From Gordius albopunctatus (lineage: Eukaryota): a stretch of DNA of 64,000 bases. Both the position numbers and the translations under genes were made by a program. The notes beneath the pieces were generated by a model that was not told where the DNA came from, did not search any database, and saw only the letters and a program-made list of their open reading frames with translations. This document shows positions 12,801-26,228 of this stretch, in pieces (the first letter of the stretch is position 1; each line of letters begins with the position of its first letter). The stretch is from positions 19,716,001 through 19,780,000 of the forward strand of contig OZ193909.1 in the NCBI GenBank assembly GCA_964276515.1, given 5' to 3'.

Positions 12801-15800
12801 ACCGGTCTATAAGATAAAAAAAAAGTATGAAATGTCAGTTCCATGTGCTCTAAACCCAAAAAATTGTTGAAATTTAGTAAAATTAAGGCTGAAATTACAA
12901 AAATGTTCATTTTGCTCAACCCTAAATCATTATTGCCCCCTTTTTATTCGAATTCTGGCTAACCCCATGGTTGGTCCTAACAAAAAATTACGAGCGAAAT
13001 ATAATTTATAACATAATTGATTTACTATATAAGGTTATTGAAAATCTTAAGGATAAATAATTATTTTTATATTTAAATAGCTTAAAACTAATTTAGTGGC
13101 TTTGTTTGAAATATTGCTTCAGTTGTATTTAAACAAATTCAATGTGATAAAGTTTATATTATGTTAACTTATTTCAGATAATTTTGAATATTTAACAGCC
13201 ATATATATATTTATTATGCCATATTGATTCAAAATTTGTAATTAATTATTGCCTTGTGCCCTATTTCTATTTGTTATATTTGTTTTCTAGCCTTATCGGT
13301 GTTATATATAAGATTTTCTATAGCTTCTTCTAAGTTGGTGGAACTAGAATATTATATTCTCGTAAGAAATTCTTTTTTGAATAAGATAAAGGATGTAACG
13401 AAACTTTTTTCATTAAACAGAAAATCGGAATCATTATTTGTCATTTCAACGCTATCGCAATTTTCGAATGTTTACCTCGCATATGATTTTTATAGTTGTT
13501 TATAGTTTCATTTAATAAAAAATTTTATAATTAAAAAAAACTAACTAATATTAAAAGATAAATAACAAATCGGTAATGAATGTGATAATCAAATTTCTCC
13601 ACTTTTACATTGATACTAAAAAACACTTTTAATAAAACGTGAAAATAAATACATAGATTATTCTAGCAAAACTCTAATGTAATCATGGGCGTTTATAGGG
13701 AGGGAGGGCAATAGGGATTTAGGGAAGGGCAAAATGATAAAGAACTTTTGGGATTTAGAGCGGGCTCTGCCACCCACTGGCTACACCCATGAATGTAACC
13801 TGGGTAGAATTTGAAAGAGGAATTGATCTACGCGTTCTTTTTCTTGTACCAAATCTTTCGTTTTTTGCCATACCATACCCTCCAAGGCCTTTGTGTAATC
13901 TTCCATCCGTTCCAATAGGATTTCGATCATATTACCGAAATTAATATTTTTGGACAAGCCTCGAAACACGTCGTAAACGTGCGAAAAGGTAGCTCTCGTA
14001 ACAGGATTCTCATCCCAGCACATCTCAATCAGCACTTTCCACTTTTTGTTGGGTCCGTTACTATTATTGCTCACAGCACCTTTCTTATCCAAATCTACGC
14101 TACCGCACATATCTTCAGATTTATGAGGCGCGGGCGAGTCGGGTGTTGAGTTGTAAAACTTTTTTAGCGTTTGACTCCGGCCCAGTAGCGGTCTGTAAGC
14201 CGGTCGTTGGCCGTCCTTAACCCTGCGCATGGCTCTCACCAAGAAATGCAAGTAAGAACTGTTACTTCCCGCCTGCTTATCCATGAAAATCTTAAATGGC
14301 GATTCATCCGGCCCAATTCTATCAGCCCCGATCGAGCCAATGGATTCTGAATTTAGGTAATCCAAGTAGTTGTAGTAGTACGGCGGTTTTTTGGTAACTA
14401 GCTCTGTGAGCAGAATGGCGAAACTGTAAACGTCAGCACTTTGACTAGTTACTATAACGGGCTGTTCTTGCCTCAAGCATTCCGGTGCAATCCAAGGTAG
14501 TGTTAACTTATATTCTAGATCCCGAATGTAATCGTTTCTTATACCTTGTTCGTACAAAGTCGTAAGACCGAATGATGTGATTTTAGCTGAAAAACGATTG
14601 TCAATCAATACGTGCGACGATCGAAGCCTTCCGTGAAATTTGATTTTACTATCGTGTAGGTATATCATACCCTAAAGCCAATTAATATAAAAATGGAAAA
14701 GGGAATTAATATTCTCGCCCTTAATAATATCCTAATTAATCATTAGATTGATAAATATTAGAAATATGACTAGATAGGGTTTAATTTAATGTAATAATTA
14801 TTAACTTATAGTTTATTATCAAAAATTCTATAAGTTCATTGTTATTGTTATTATAGTCTTTTAATTGACTATGCATGGGAGTAGCCAGGAGCCGCCCCTA
14901 TAAATCCAAAAATTTGCTGAAATTTATTAAGATTACGGCTAAAACTTCAGACAGGGAATTGCCCCCCCCCCCCCATAATTCCAATGGCTACACCCATGAG
15001 ACTATGAAATTTCAACATATCAAATCAGCACTTTTAATAAGTGGTGAATGTTCATTAAAATTGTAGTTGGGGAAAATTTCGATTTTTAAGTCCAAAAATC
15101 CTCAGATAAAATGCAGACTACCTAAGAATCCTTAATAGATCCCTTTAATGCGAAATATTTTGAACCATGTATGTCTCAACAAAATGTTGACACAAGTGTA
15201 AAGACTAACTTTTTAAACTTATAAATTGATGTAATTTGCCTTCCCTAGTCTTCATTATGTTATTTCTATGGTGGCAGCCACACTCAAATCTAGATATTTT
15301 TGAAGTTTTATATAATTATGGGGCTAAAACTCCAATAAAATATCAGTTTGCCCCCCCCCTCCTAAATTCAATATTGTCGATGTTTTGAATATTAATACCT
15401 TCAAGATGTCGTTTATAATGGAGAACTGCAAAACTTGATCGATCTCCAATTTTTCTTTGGCCAGCAAATCTAACAAAGTCATTTTCGACACCATCTCGGA
15501 TACTATGATAATGTCATTTTTCGTTTGACACAAACCTACGAATTGTACCAAATTTTCGTGATTTATTTTATGGATTTGGCTGATTTCGTGCATTAACCGC
15601 CCCGACAAAACGTCTAATTGAGGTTTGGATATGTACTTCAGGTGGACAAAGACATTTTTGTAGACGGCATACTTTCTGGACACGTTTTGTGTGGAGTTAA
15701 ATGTCTAGGACATTGAAAATAAAGTAAATATTTGTTTAAGTTCATGAGCGTAGCCAAAGGGCAGGGGCGGCTGCCACCCTCTAAATCCAAAAATTTGTTG

Positions 15801-18800
15801 AAATTATTATAATTAAGGCTAAAATTTCAAAAATTGATCATTTTGCCTCTCCCTAAATAATTATTGCCCCCCCTCTAAATCCAATCCTGGCTAAGCCCAT
15901 GTTTCAATTGATTTACAACTTTTTCCTAATCATAAATAAAGTAATTACAAGTGCTTTTTATGGTGTAAACATTTTTGAAATTTTTATACAAATTATATGC
16001 CAACTTTTAATTTAAAAAGTCAATTTCATTTTACCAATGATGAAGAAGAACGTAAGTGGGATCCAGAAAACAGATTCTTGATATCTATTTTCCACATCTG
16101 CAATCTCATATACCTTTCTTTGTCTCGTTTTCTAGATAAGTTTATTGAAATCTTGAACATGTATAATTCTATGTATAAATATCTAAAAGGCCTTAACAAC
16201 TTTTTAAAATCCTTATCATTGATAGCATTAAAGGTTGAATAAACACAATATTATAGGGCTCTCGCCCCCCCCCCCAATACTGAATTTTAAAAGTTATCGG
16301 GAAAATATTACCCTTATTCAACTTTTGCCTACGCCTTTAACTTTTAAAATCTCTGGCGTGAAACTTGAAGGAATCAATCAAAACATAATATTAGACAGAT
16401 AAACAGCTTAACTTATAATAGTCAATTATGGTAACCCTCCTCTACTTAAGCTTATGGGTAGGTATGGAAAATATTAAATGGCGTAGCCAGGGGCGGTTGC
16501 CCCCTTTAAAACCAAACATTCTTCAAAATTTATTAAAACTATGGCGGAAATTTCAAAAAATTATCATTATTGCCCCCCCCCCTCTAAATCCAATCCTGGC
16601 TAAGCCCATGTAAATATCCAATACGAGATGGACGCACTTGCGATACATGTAGACAGAGAGGATGGCTATGCAAGCTGTAAGAACGAAGGCTAAAACAGCC
16701 ATGAGTATCTTGAAATTAGGGTTGTGTCTAATAGGGATGGGATCGCCCTTTTTATCACAATTTTTGTAATAGGTTACGTTAGAGCTGCGTTTAAAGTCGG
16801 TGCAAATCAAATGTGGGGTCGGTGGTGACCCCATGATCCAATCGATGCTTTTCTCAAATTGAATCATTTGGGTGTGGCCTTTATAAGTTGCTACGATATC
16901 GAAAATACCACTATACCTATTGACCATACCATAAATAGCGAGATCGGCTAAACGGTCGCCAAATTCATCTAATCTAACTGTACCCGTTACTCCTAAAACA
17001 AATGATTTGCTCAAATATTTTCAGTGAGATTTTAAATGATTTATTAACATCGTATTCCAAACTTATGTTAATATATTTTAAAAAATGATAGCGATCTGCG
17101 AACTTATAATTTACGAAACCGTATAATTTAATAGTATGCCTTAATGTTATTGTCTAGCTGTTTTCAATGTTTAGTACAAGAGCTATTTATGTCTAATTTA
17201 ACTTACGATCCTAAACTAGATAGACTGCATAACAACGCACAAAATGTGTACCCTTTTTCCATAATTTTAATGATAAGACGGTAAAGTATTTATCGTATGT
17301 GGGAATACGTGAAAGAATAGTAGTTTAATTTAGTATAACTTTTATTTGTTTATCATTTTCTATAGATTATATTTTTGATATGATCATATATTCTAAAATT
17401 GTAAGCCAAAGCCGAGTTTGTAAAAACCATATGATTTAATCACATTAAATTCTTTTGTTCGCTAGATATCCCATCCCTGGCCCTATTAGTTAGTAAAGAT
17501 TTATTTTGATTATCCTTCTTCTAGTTTTATTTAGTTATTGATCATGTTATACTTCTGATCAGATTATATCATAATCATACAAAAATATACTTTTACAATT
17601 CATTAAAATACAAACAATTTTTACTTTTATATTTATAAGTATTGATTATATAGATATTAGTAATTTTTGTAAATTAAATAATCTTAAAAAAGTAAATAAA
17701 AAAATATTGGCTAGATATCCAACACAGTATTCTAAAATAAATATCATTTATACAATACATAAAAATTTAAAATGTAAAAACTGTGATGAAATTTTGTTTT
17801 ATAATGTAGCTCCATCTATATTTTGTTTAATATTAATTTATTGATGTTCGTTTAAATTTATAAATTAGTGAGGAAGGTAAATTCATTGTTATAGCGTAAA
17901 ATGTTCAAAATGGCGGAAAATTTGACACACAATTTACCATATGGAACATATGGTATGAGCAGTCTATCTAGTTCTAGTCTATGCTTACGACGGTACCTCA
18001 TTACATCTAACAAAGTATGGTATTTTACAAAAGTAGAACTTATTAAGAGTTATTAAGGTGTAGTAATACACTATTAACATATAAATGAAACATTCTTAAT
18101 AAAAATTAAAAAATAATACTTTTAAACTAGCTTCAGGGTTAGCGAAAACAAAAACAATAGCTTTAATTCTTTTATAAGGTTTGGTATTTTATCATTAAAT
18201 ATTTTTATAAGGCATTTTTATTAATTTTCAGATAAATATAAAAGTTTTATTATTTTGATTTTTTACCCACAAAACTAGAGTTCCAGAACTTGTCAGGTGA
18301 AATCTGAACCACGGCCCGATCACGTGTTACATTGCTAGTGGAATTAAACTGATTGAACGCTTTGGCGTACATTATGACACAATCGTAAAAGGCTCCAATA
18401 AAGTAATTCACCTTCAATTAAGAACGTTGATTTTTTAATAATATTAAAAAGTGATTTAGAAAATGGCTTAACCAGCCTAAAGTCAGTGTTGTAAGAAAGG
18501 CTGTTTTTTGGTAAAACCTTTGGTCTCTTTATGTTTAGTCGACTAAAACCATAGGCCCACCAAATAAAACCCAGCGTTTTAAAACACTACTAAATTCCCT
18601 GTATGTAGTCGAAATTTTCTGAGGGGATGAGGAAATAGGTAGGTAATTCAAAAAGAAAAGCAATGATAATATTTTAAAATTTAACTATAACTTTATTAAA
18701 TTCGTAGATAAAATGAATGCAGTTGTCCATTTATTCCTTTAAAAAGTAGTATTTAGCTAATTATAATCCAATAGCTGTTTGTCACACCAAGGTGGTCAGC

Positions 18801-21800
18801 TTCTTTAGATATTTGGATGAGGGGTGATGCTCGGCTATCCAGGCCTGACAGCGGTGTTGACGATGTGATAAATTTTAAATCTTTTGAGAGAAAATGCCTT
18901 AAGGGAGATTTGAACATGAGAATTCTCGTTCATTCTTATAACTATAGACGGAATACTGAATTAGGTGCTAATTGATGCTAGGTTTTTATTAAAATATGCT
19001 CAATCTAGGAAATTTAATACTCATTATAATTATTTTTGTAGATTACGTATTAAAATGTAATTATGCAAGCTAAATGATAATAAACTTTTTTTACACGAAA
19101 CATAAAAACAGAATATATAAAATCAGTGTTAAAACTAATCTAGTCATACGCCATCTAGAAACAGTTTGACTTAAAATTAATAATTGAGAAAATTGTGAAA
19201 AATACTTTAATAATTATATTCAGGCTTAATGATGTTTTCCAAATAATTTATTATATTGTTTTCGTGTATAATTTGTCATTTTTATTTGATTGTACAGTGT
19301 TTGTCAATCCAAGTTCTCATCCCAAAAGAATCAGAAATTAAAACAAAGATTTTAAAAAAATTATAACGATAATAGTGCTAAAATTTAAAAACACAACAAT
19401 TCGTGTCGGGCAGTTGGGGCAGCTCTAATACGAGCATTCCGGGCATATAGAAGGGTTTGGGCACACATTTTTTTAACAAATCTAAACTCTGATACAGAAA
19501 GAGAAATATAATTAATCTATGAACTATGTTTAATTATAATAATTTTTTTGTTTTATTCCCGATCTTATATTTTTCGAATTTCAACACTTCGTTTTTTATA
19601 ACGTTCTTGCATTCAAATAAAAAAAATTTAAAAAAAATATATAAATTTATTTAGGAATTTCACGTTACTCTCTAGCTACACCTATGAATAAGTTTATATA
19701 CCATGGGCGGAGCCAGAGGGTATCAGAGAGGGGCGGTTGCTCCCCCCCCTTGAAATCGGAAATAAAAATTATCATCCCCCCCCCCAAATCCAAAGTACAA
19801 AGGTCGTTTTAGATTATCGCTTACGGGTCCGCTGTAAAGGAAATCGTAGTTGGCGAGTGCTAATTTTTTAACTTGACGACTGAATTGATTCCATCTATCA
19901 CCCGTTGGTTGTTTGAGTCCAATTATCACCAAAGTGTTAAACGCTCTCTTGGCTATGCTATCTAATTTATCACCTACCAACAAAAGCACTGATAAAATTA
20001 AACCAGTTTTCATATATGTTAAAAAACCAAAGATGTCGATTTTGTCATTATTTCAATAAAAAATTAGTCTTTAGATAAATTAGAATTAACGATAGAAAAA
20101 AGTTAGAGTTATGTATTATACTTATTGGAATCTATGTCTATTCTTTAAAATTCACTAATTGGATAATAATAATTAATGTCATGGGGGTAACCAGCATTGG
20201 GATTAGAAGGGGGTAATAATGATTTTGGGAGGGTCAAATTGATCATTTCTTGAAATTATAGCAACAATTTTAATATATTTCAACAAAAATTAGGATTTGG
20301 ATGGGGCAGCCACCCCTCCTTGCCCCACCTCCCCCACCCTGGCAACGCCCATGATTAATGTACAAGTAAAAGAATGCAAAAAGACCTCTGCCAGATTCTT
20401 TCAAAATAACCTGCAAATATTGAATTTTATGATGATACCGTTCGCCCATGGTGTTTCTGGTAAAGTGTACCCTGGGTAGAGTTCTATGGCTATAAAAAGG
20501 AAATGACCATTGCCCAATCCCATTCTGTCTGCAGTGATGAGCAAGGATCTCAACTTAATTGCATCCGACATTATTATTATTGCTATCCATGTTAATAAAT
20601 ATATATATAATTAATTTATGATTTTAAAGGAAGTTTATTCTTAAGTGATTTTTAGCTGCAAAGGCAATAACTATTAATTGCTATGCAATTTATGGGCTCG
20701 TTTTTGGTTGTCCGTCCGTCCGTCCGTCCGTCTACCAAGTTATTTACACCAGCTTCCCGACCTGGAGGTTGCGGGTTCGAGACCCGGAGAGGACAAAATT
20801 TTTTTTTTTTTAAATTAAATTAATATTTTTTTCTTGTTAATACCATTGATAATATGACTTTTTGACCGTCCGCAGGCTACTGACCAATGAAAAAATGACC
20901 ACTGGCCAGATAAATCGAAATTTTTAATTTTTCGTTTTTGAATAGTTTAACATTGATAATTACCCTATGCCGTCCCCTACAAGGGCCTATGGCTCTATTT
21001 ATATGGTTCCCTGTTCCCCTCCAAAGGCTTATGCCTCTATTTAATGTGGGTTTGAATCCCGGCGAACGTTCTAAATTGATGGTTCGAGACCCGGAGAGGA
21101 CAAAAAATTTTATTTTTTTTTAAATTAAATTAATATATTGTTCATGTTAATACCATTGATAATATGAATTTTTGACCGTCCGCAGGCTACTGACCAATGA
21201 AAAAATGACCACTTGCCAGATAAATCGAAATTTTTCGTTTTTGAATAGTTTAACATTGATAATTACCCTATGCCCTCCCCTACAAGGGCCTATGGCTCTA
21301 TTTATATGGTTCCCTGTTCCCCTCCAAAGGCTTATGCCTCTATTTAATGTGGGTTCGAATCCCGGAGAGGGCAAAATTTTTATTTTTTTAATTAATTTAA
21401 TATTTTGTTCTTGTTAATACCATTGATAATATGACTTTTTGACCGTCCGCTGGCTACTGACCAATGAAAAAATGAACATTGGCCAAATAAATCCTAATTT
21501 TTCGTTTTTCCTTTTTGAATAAGTTAACATTGATAATTGAAAAAAATTACCATTGGCCAAATAAATCAAAATTTTTTGTTCGTTTTTGAATAGGTTAACA
21601 TTGATAATTACCCTATACTTTTTAATAATTGATATGCAATTTATCTAGTTTTTGGGTTAGAATCCCGGAGTTTTTTTTGACTCTTATGATTGTTCTTGTT
21701 ACTATCAATGATAATAAGACTTTTTGGCCGTCCGCTGGCTGCTGACCAATGAAAAAAATGACCATTGGCCAAAATGTTTATCCGAGTTTATTTTTTCGTT

Positions 21801-23977
21801 TTTTTTGAATATTATGATTGTTCCTGTTCCTACCATTGCTATTATAACTTTTTGGCCGTCCGCTGGCTGCTGACCAATGGAATAAAATGACCATTGGCCA
21901 AAATGTGATTCGAAAATTTTTTTTTCGTTTTTTTTTTGACTGTTATGAATTTATATCCACTTTTACCGTGTCCTGGCTGCTGACCAATGGAAAAAAATGA
22001 CCATTGGCCAAAATGTGAATCGAAATTATTTTTTCCGTTTTTTTTGACTATTATGATTGTTCCTGTTCCTACCATTGCTATTATGACTTTTTGGCCGTCC
22101 GCTGGCTGCTGACCAATGGAATAAAATAACCATTGGCCAAAATGTGATTCGAAAACTTTTTTTTCGTTTTTTTTGACTAATAAGAATTTATATCCACTTT
22201 TACCGTGTCCTGGCTGCTGACCAATGGAAAAAATGACCTTTGGCCAAAATGTGATTCGAAAATTTTTTTTTCGTTTTTTTTGACTATTATGATTGTTCCT
22301 GTTCCTACCATTGCTATTATGACTTTTTGGTAATACAACTCCCGTAGAATTTAACTAACCATAAAGCTTCCCCTTCGCTCCTTCTCTCCCCCTTTATGAT
22401 ATTTGGCATATACACTTATTTAGTGCTTCCAACCTTCGTTTTGCAATATTCACGTAAGTATTTCCATAAATTGCATAGCAAATATGATACATTTATACGG
22501 AGTGTAGATGAGTTCCCCCTTCCTTCCCCTCCTCCCCTTCCCCCTCCCCTTCCCCCTTCCCACGAGGGCCGAAGGCCCGAGTTTATGTATATTAAATGAC
22601 ACGGGCGTAGTCAGGTTTTGGATTAGGGGGGGGGCGAACGAAACGTTCAAAAATTCAATTAGGGGGGGGGGTAGGCAAAACATATTTTTTTTTATTGTTT
22701 AACGCTTTTTGCATTGAAATTTTTTTTTTGGCATTTGGGGGGGGAGGCCCTGGCTACGCCCATGTTAAATGGCCACATTGAGCATATTATTTGACGTTAA
22801 GTGCGACTTCGCCAAATATTGCATATGACTAAGCCCTTTATAGCAACAATTAAGTTAACAAATGAAGTCTCAGTTTAAGTCAATAATGCAGTCTGTACAA
22901 ATAGTATGCCCTGCAGCAAGCACACTAACTAGATTAGACCTTATATACTGATTACCTTTGATAAATGGTAAACAGTATATCACTCTAAAAGACAATACCT
23001 TTGGTAGACTTCTTGGCCTTGTTGAGATAGACTTCTGGCTTAAAGGAATAATCATCTGCTCCGTCAAAATAGAGGGTCCCGAATTCGACAAAGTAATGAT
23101 TCGTTTTAAAGCGTTCATTCAAGTGTATAGATAACTCCTTAGCTCTGTCCCATCTCACATCGCAAATCACGAGGGCGTCTCGATGATTATAAGTCTTAAG
23201 TAATTTGTGAACCACTAGGACGTGCCCTTTGATGGAAAAGGAAAGGCGAGTCATTGTTGGATGTTTGCCTAAGTCGATTTCATCAAAATCAGAATAACCC
23301 GTGCATATGGGTAATCTGTAATAAGCTGCCACAGGAGATATGACTCTCATATCATGACTGCATGGTGGACCAAGAATGAAGGATAACTCTACGCGATGCT
23401 TTAGATCTGCAAAACGACCCACTACATTTGATGGATCACATACATATGTGATTTGCAAATCTTGACTATGTCCATTCCAACCTTGAAAGAATCGAGGTTG
23501 CTCTTTGCTCTTTTTACTGACCCTTAAGTTGGCCATAGATTTATCTTGCTTCTCAAGACCATCACTATAATCCCAGCCGCTGACAACAGTAGCATTGTAG
23601 GGTTGTATAACCGATTTTTGCCTCTCTTTCACCAATGCTTCCATTTGAAAAGGGTAAAGGGTGTTTTTTTCAGACTTATTACCTTTAATTCCTTTGGTAT
23701 CTCCTAACTCTGGAGGAAATTTAAAATTTGTTTGGGAATTACGTCTTTCCGGATAAGCAATCACGTGTTTTATTAGGTTATAGCCCCTAGCGCCATTTAG
23801 ATAATTGAAATATTTGATTCCGATATCAATAGCTGGCTCCAGTTTACCTCGATACATGAGGCTCTGAGGATTGTTATTGAGAATTAGGGCAAAGTTCAGA
23901 TTCTCGAATGACAGAACATTCGAACTCATAGAGATCAAAAATATACAAAACGAATAAAAACTCAACAACCGACACAT
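9801..23977 (-). CDS. Receptor-type (natriuretic peptide receptor-like) guanylyl cyclase, 13 exons, ~1219 aa
   Basis: Exons 23977-22999, 20582-20439, 19973-19825, 18411-18267, 16992-16638, 16131-16035, 15704-15399, 14671-13800, 12806-12614, 12308-12134, 11580-11482, 10127-10036, 9854-9801 (3660 nt, in frame). Signal peptide, ANF-receptor ectodomain ([20 protein letters not shown]), TM helix, kinase-homology domain, cyclase motifs [46 protein letters not shown]. Confidence 0.93.
10227..10429. mobile_element. hAT-type MITE nested in a P-type MITE
   Basis: ~30-bp TIR TAGAGTTGTTAAATTGCTAACTTTCTTCAA and perfect TSD GTCATATG. A related partial copy lies at ~4165-4375. Confidence 0.85.
17210..17983. 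mobile_element. P-superfamily-like MITE (CATAGACTAGATAGACTGC-type ends)
   Basis: Degenerate TIRs, TSD CTTACGAT/CTTACGAC. Related ends at ~930-951, 10205-11067, ~37797-37816 and ~49732. Confidence 0.65.
20180..20353. mobile_element. Representative of an abundant ~100-175-bp MITE family (TIR CATGGGCGTAGCCAG), hAT-like
   Basis: Perfect TSD ATTAATGT here and ATATTTTC at 58658-58751. Further whole or partial copies near 3504, 4911, 12460, 12920, 13684, 14874, 15742, 16478, 19702, 22600, 36880 and 43630. Confidence 0.85.
20674..22581 (+). mobile_element. Helentron/DINE-1-like non-autonomous element with central tandem repeats
   Basis: 5' TTGCTATGCAATTTATGG with its reverse complement at 22464-22481, a (GTCC)n microsatellite at 20709-20732, tandem units containing TGACCAATG/TGACCATTGGCC, and a terminal hairpin GGGCC-GAA-GGCCC at 22566-22578 followed by TTT. 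Confidence 0.65.
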
Positions 23978-24557
23978 TTAAGAGGAAAAAAACGACAGAA
24001 ACTTGTAAATAGAAAAATATTGGTTTTCATAATAAAAATGTTTTTCGCATAGCAATGTCAAAATAATTTGATGCAAAGATATTTTATAAATTGGCCATAA
24101 TTATTTTGCTCTTTATGAAATAAATTATCACCTCTTTGAACTATATTTTTTAGTTATATGAAAAGTAGTAATTTGCGCCTGGATATTTCCTATACATTAC
24201 TAAACATTTGCCTCTATCTAAAAAATTTATAATTTTATAAATCGATCGAAGTAGGCAAATTCCAGCACAAACCTTAAAAGTGACTTTTAATTATATTTAA
24301 CTAGTCGGATTCGGAACTGCAGCAATTTAGAAGCTCAGGTATTAGTTTCACTAAAACAAGCACCGAAAATCGACGGTACCAATGATTTCACTGGACGCAT
24401 AATGCATCGTCACTATAATTGAATTTTTTATTTAGTATTTTTCGTTTTTAACATCAGTGAAAATTTTACTCTATTCATCTTTATAATATTATTTATACTT
24501 ATTGGCAAAATTAAGGACAGTACTTAAGAAGGCAGACCTCAATTGCCTCCTCTGCTC

Positions 24558-24750
24558 TCCTAATACCTGACCCACCCCGTCACTAAGAGAATTTCTTTTA
24601 TTTAATTTAAATTTTTATTAGGGCATTAGCCTGTAATATTAAAATATAATATTTAATTGTCAACTTTTGATCCAGGTAATTGATACAGTATATAGGTGTC
24701 TATTAGGAGATAGCATATGAAAGGGTGAATAATGATAGTCGATAAAGCTT
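24558..24750. repeat. 193-bp direct repeat, copy 1, flanking the CRE-like element
   Basis: Same length as 26036-26228, about 13 mismatches by eye. Confidence 0.9.
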
Positions 24751-26035
24751 TTTTATTTTTTTTTATTTTTTTTTGAATTGAGATGCTTTTTAAAAATAGT
24801 ATTAAATATATAGTGGAATTAATAAAAAGATACAATAACGAAAACATTTGTAAAAAAAAGGATTAAAACGCATCATCCGTTTCTTCATCTTCTTTAAGAA
24901 TGGGCGTGGAATCCATCAAAGAATAGAAATTGGATTTAGCGATCGCAATTGCAATTGATTGTCTTAGTAAAAAAACTATTAGATATTTTTGAAGGAGCGA
25001 GCGTTTATTGAGTTCTTTAAAAAAATTTAATGCGCTCTTCCCAAACGTCCCTGAGCACGACGAGACGATAGGAATAAAAATAAAGGTTTCTGATAAAGCT
25101 AAGTATTTAAAGGATTTACGATGCTCTGCCGATCCTAGGGGGTCGTGATTATCGTTGGAGGGGGCAAACAGGTCAATACAAGTGTAGTCCCATTTTAAGA
25201 AAAGACCTTTGTCCCATGGGATAAGTGACGAACCGTCAGGGCGCACCCGCCCTTTGAGAGAGGGATCTGACGGTTTAAGGATGGAGGGACTTTTGCCCGT
25301 TTGAGGGCAGCTTGAAGGAGTGTATTTACATTTTGGTGCCTACTATACCGGCTTTTGTTAAATTTACAATGCAGAGGGTGGTGCGTTTCCTCATCTACAA
25401 GTGAATTACAAAGCCAGCAGGGGTATGGAGACGTACATTTACAGCCCAAGCGGAAGGCTATGTTGAAGGACAGGGTAGGGTTCTCTAAAAACATTCCTGA
25501 AAACTTACTAGGGTAAGCTTCTAGCCATTAATGACCGGATTGTTCAAAAGCCAATGACCTTAGATTTCAATTCTGTTTGGCTTCGCATGTTGAGAGAAGG
25601 TAAGCAACAGACCGCAACACCAAACTTGCATCCAAATCTTTTTGGGCATATGATTGTGGAATGTCAACTCCTACATTGATATTCTCATTCCATAGAGATA
25701 AGGCTTGATTGATAGAGGGGTTAAGGGAGAAAGGGACAAGGTCGTTGATAGGTTGTTTAAAAAAAAGGGATGAGGAAATAAAGACGGCTAAGAAAATCGC
25801 AGTTGGAGAGCGAATACCTAGGCCACCGGATTTTGTGGGGAGAGTGGCTTGAAGCCAAGTATTCGTGTTAAAAAAATATTTAAAATTAATTCAAGTGTGG
25901 ATTTAAAAAAGTGTTCATAATTGTGTAAAACATCTTTAAATAAGAAAGCTTGAGTGGAGAGGAAGCAAAATAAAATTTTGCTAATGTTGTAATAATTTTT
26001 TATAATATAAAACGAATGATGAGATGGCACTGTTT
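24751..26035 (-). mobile_element. 5'-truncated non-LTR retrotransposon with restriction-like endonuclease (CRE-like), frameshifted
   Basis: C-x2-C...HPLHC zinc knuckle, RH-x-VN, RPDG-x3-IPW-x2-G-x3-WDYTC, FIPIV...G motifs. A-rich tail (TAAAAAAAA repeats on minus) at ~24749-24774. Confidence 0.8.
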
Positions 26036-26228
26036 TCCTAATACCTGACCCACCCCGTCACTAAGAGAAATCTTTTTGTTTAATTTAAATTTTTATTTGG
26101 GCATTAGCCTATAATATTAAAAAATATTAATTAATTGTCAACTTTAGATCCAGGTATTTGATACAGTATATAGTTGTTTATTAGGAGATAGCATATGAAA
26201 GGGTGAATAATGATAGTCGATAAAGCTT
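26036..26228. repeat. 193-bp direct repeat, copy 2
   Basis: Matches 24558-24750. Confidence 0.9.

Noticed and set aside
20760..20800. tRNA gene suggested by GGTTCGAGACCC
   Set aside because: No D-arm/A-box or acceptor stem, and the motif is part of a TE repeat unit.
22396..22702. Pro-rich and Gly/Arg-rich short ORFs
   Set aside because: Arise from a C/T-rich simple repeat and a MITE.
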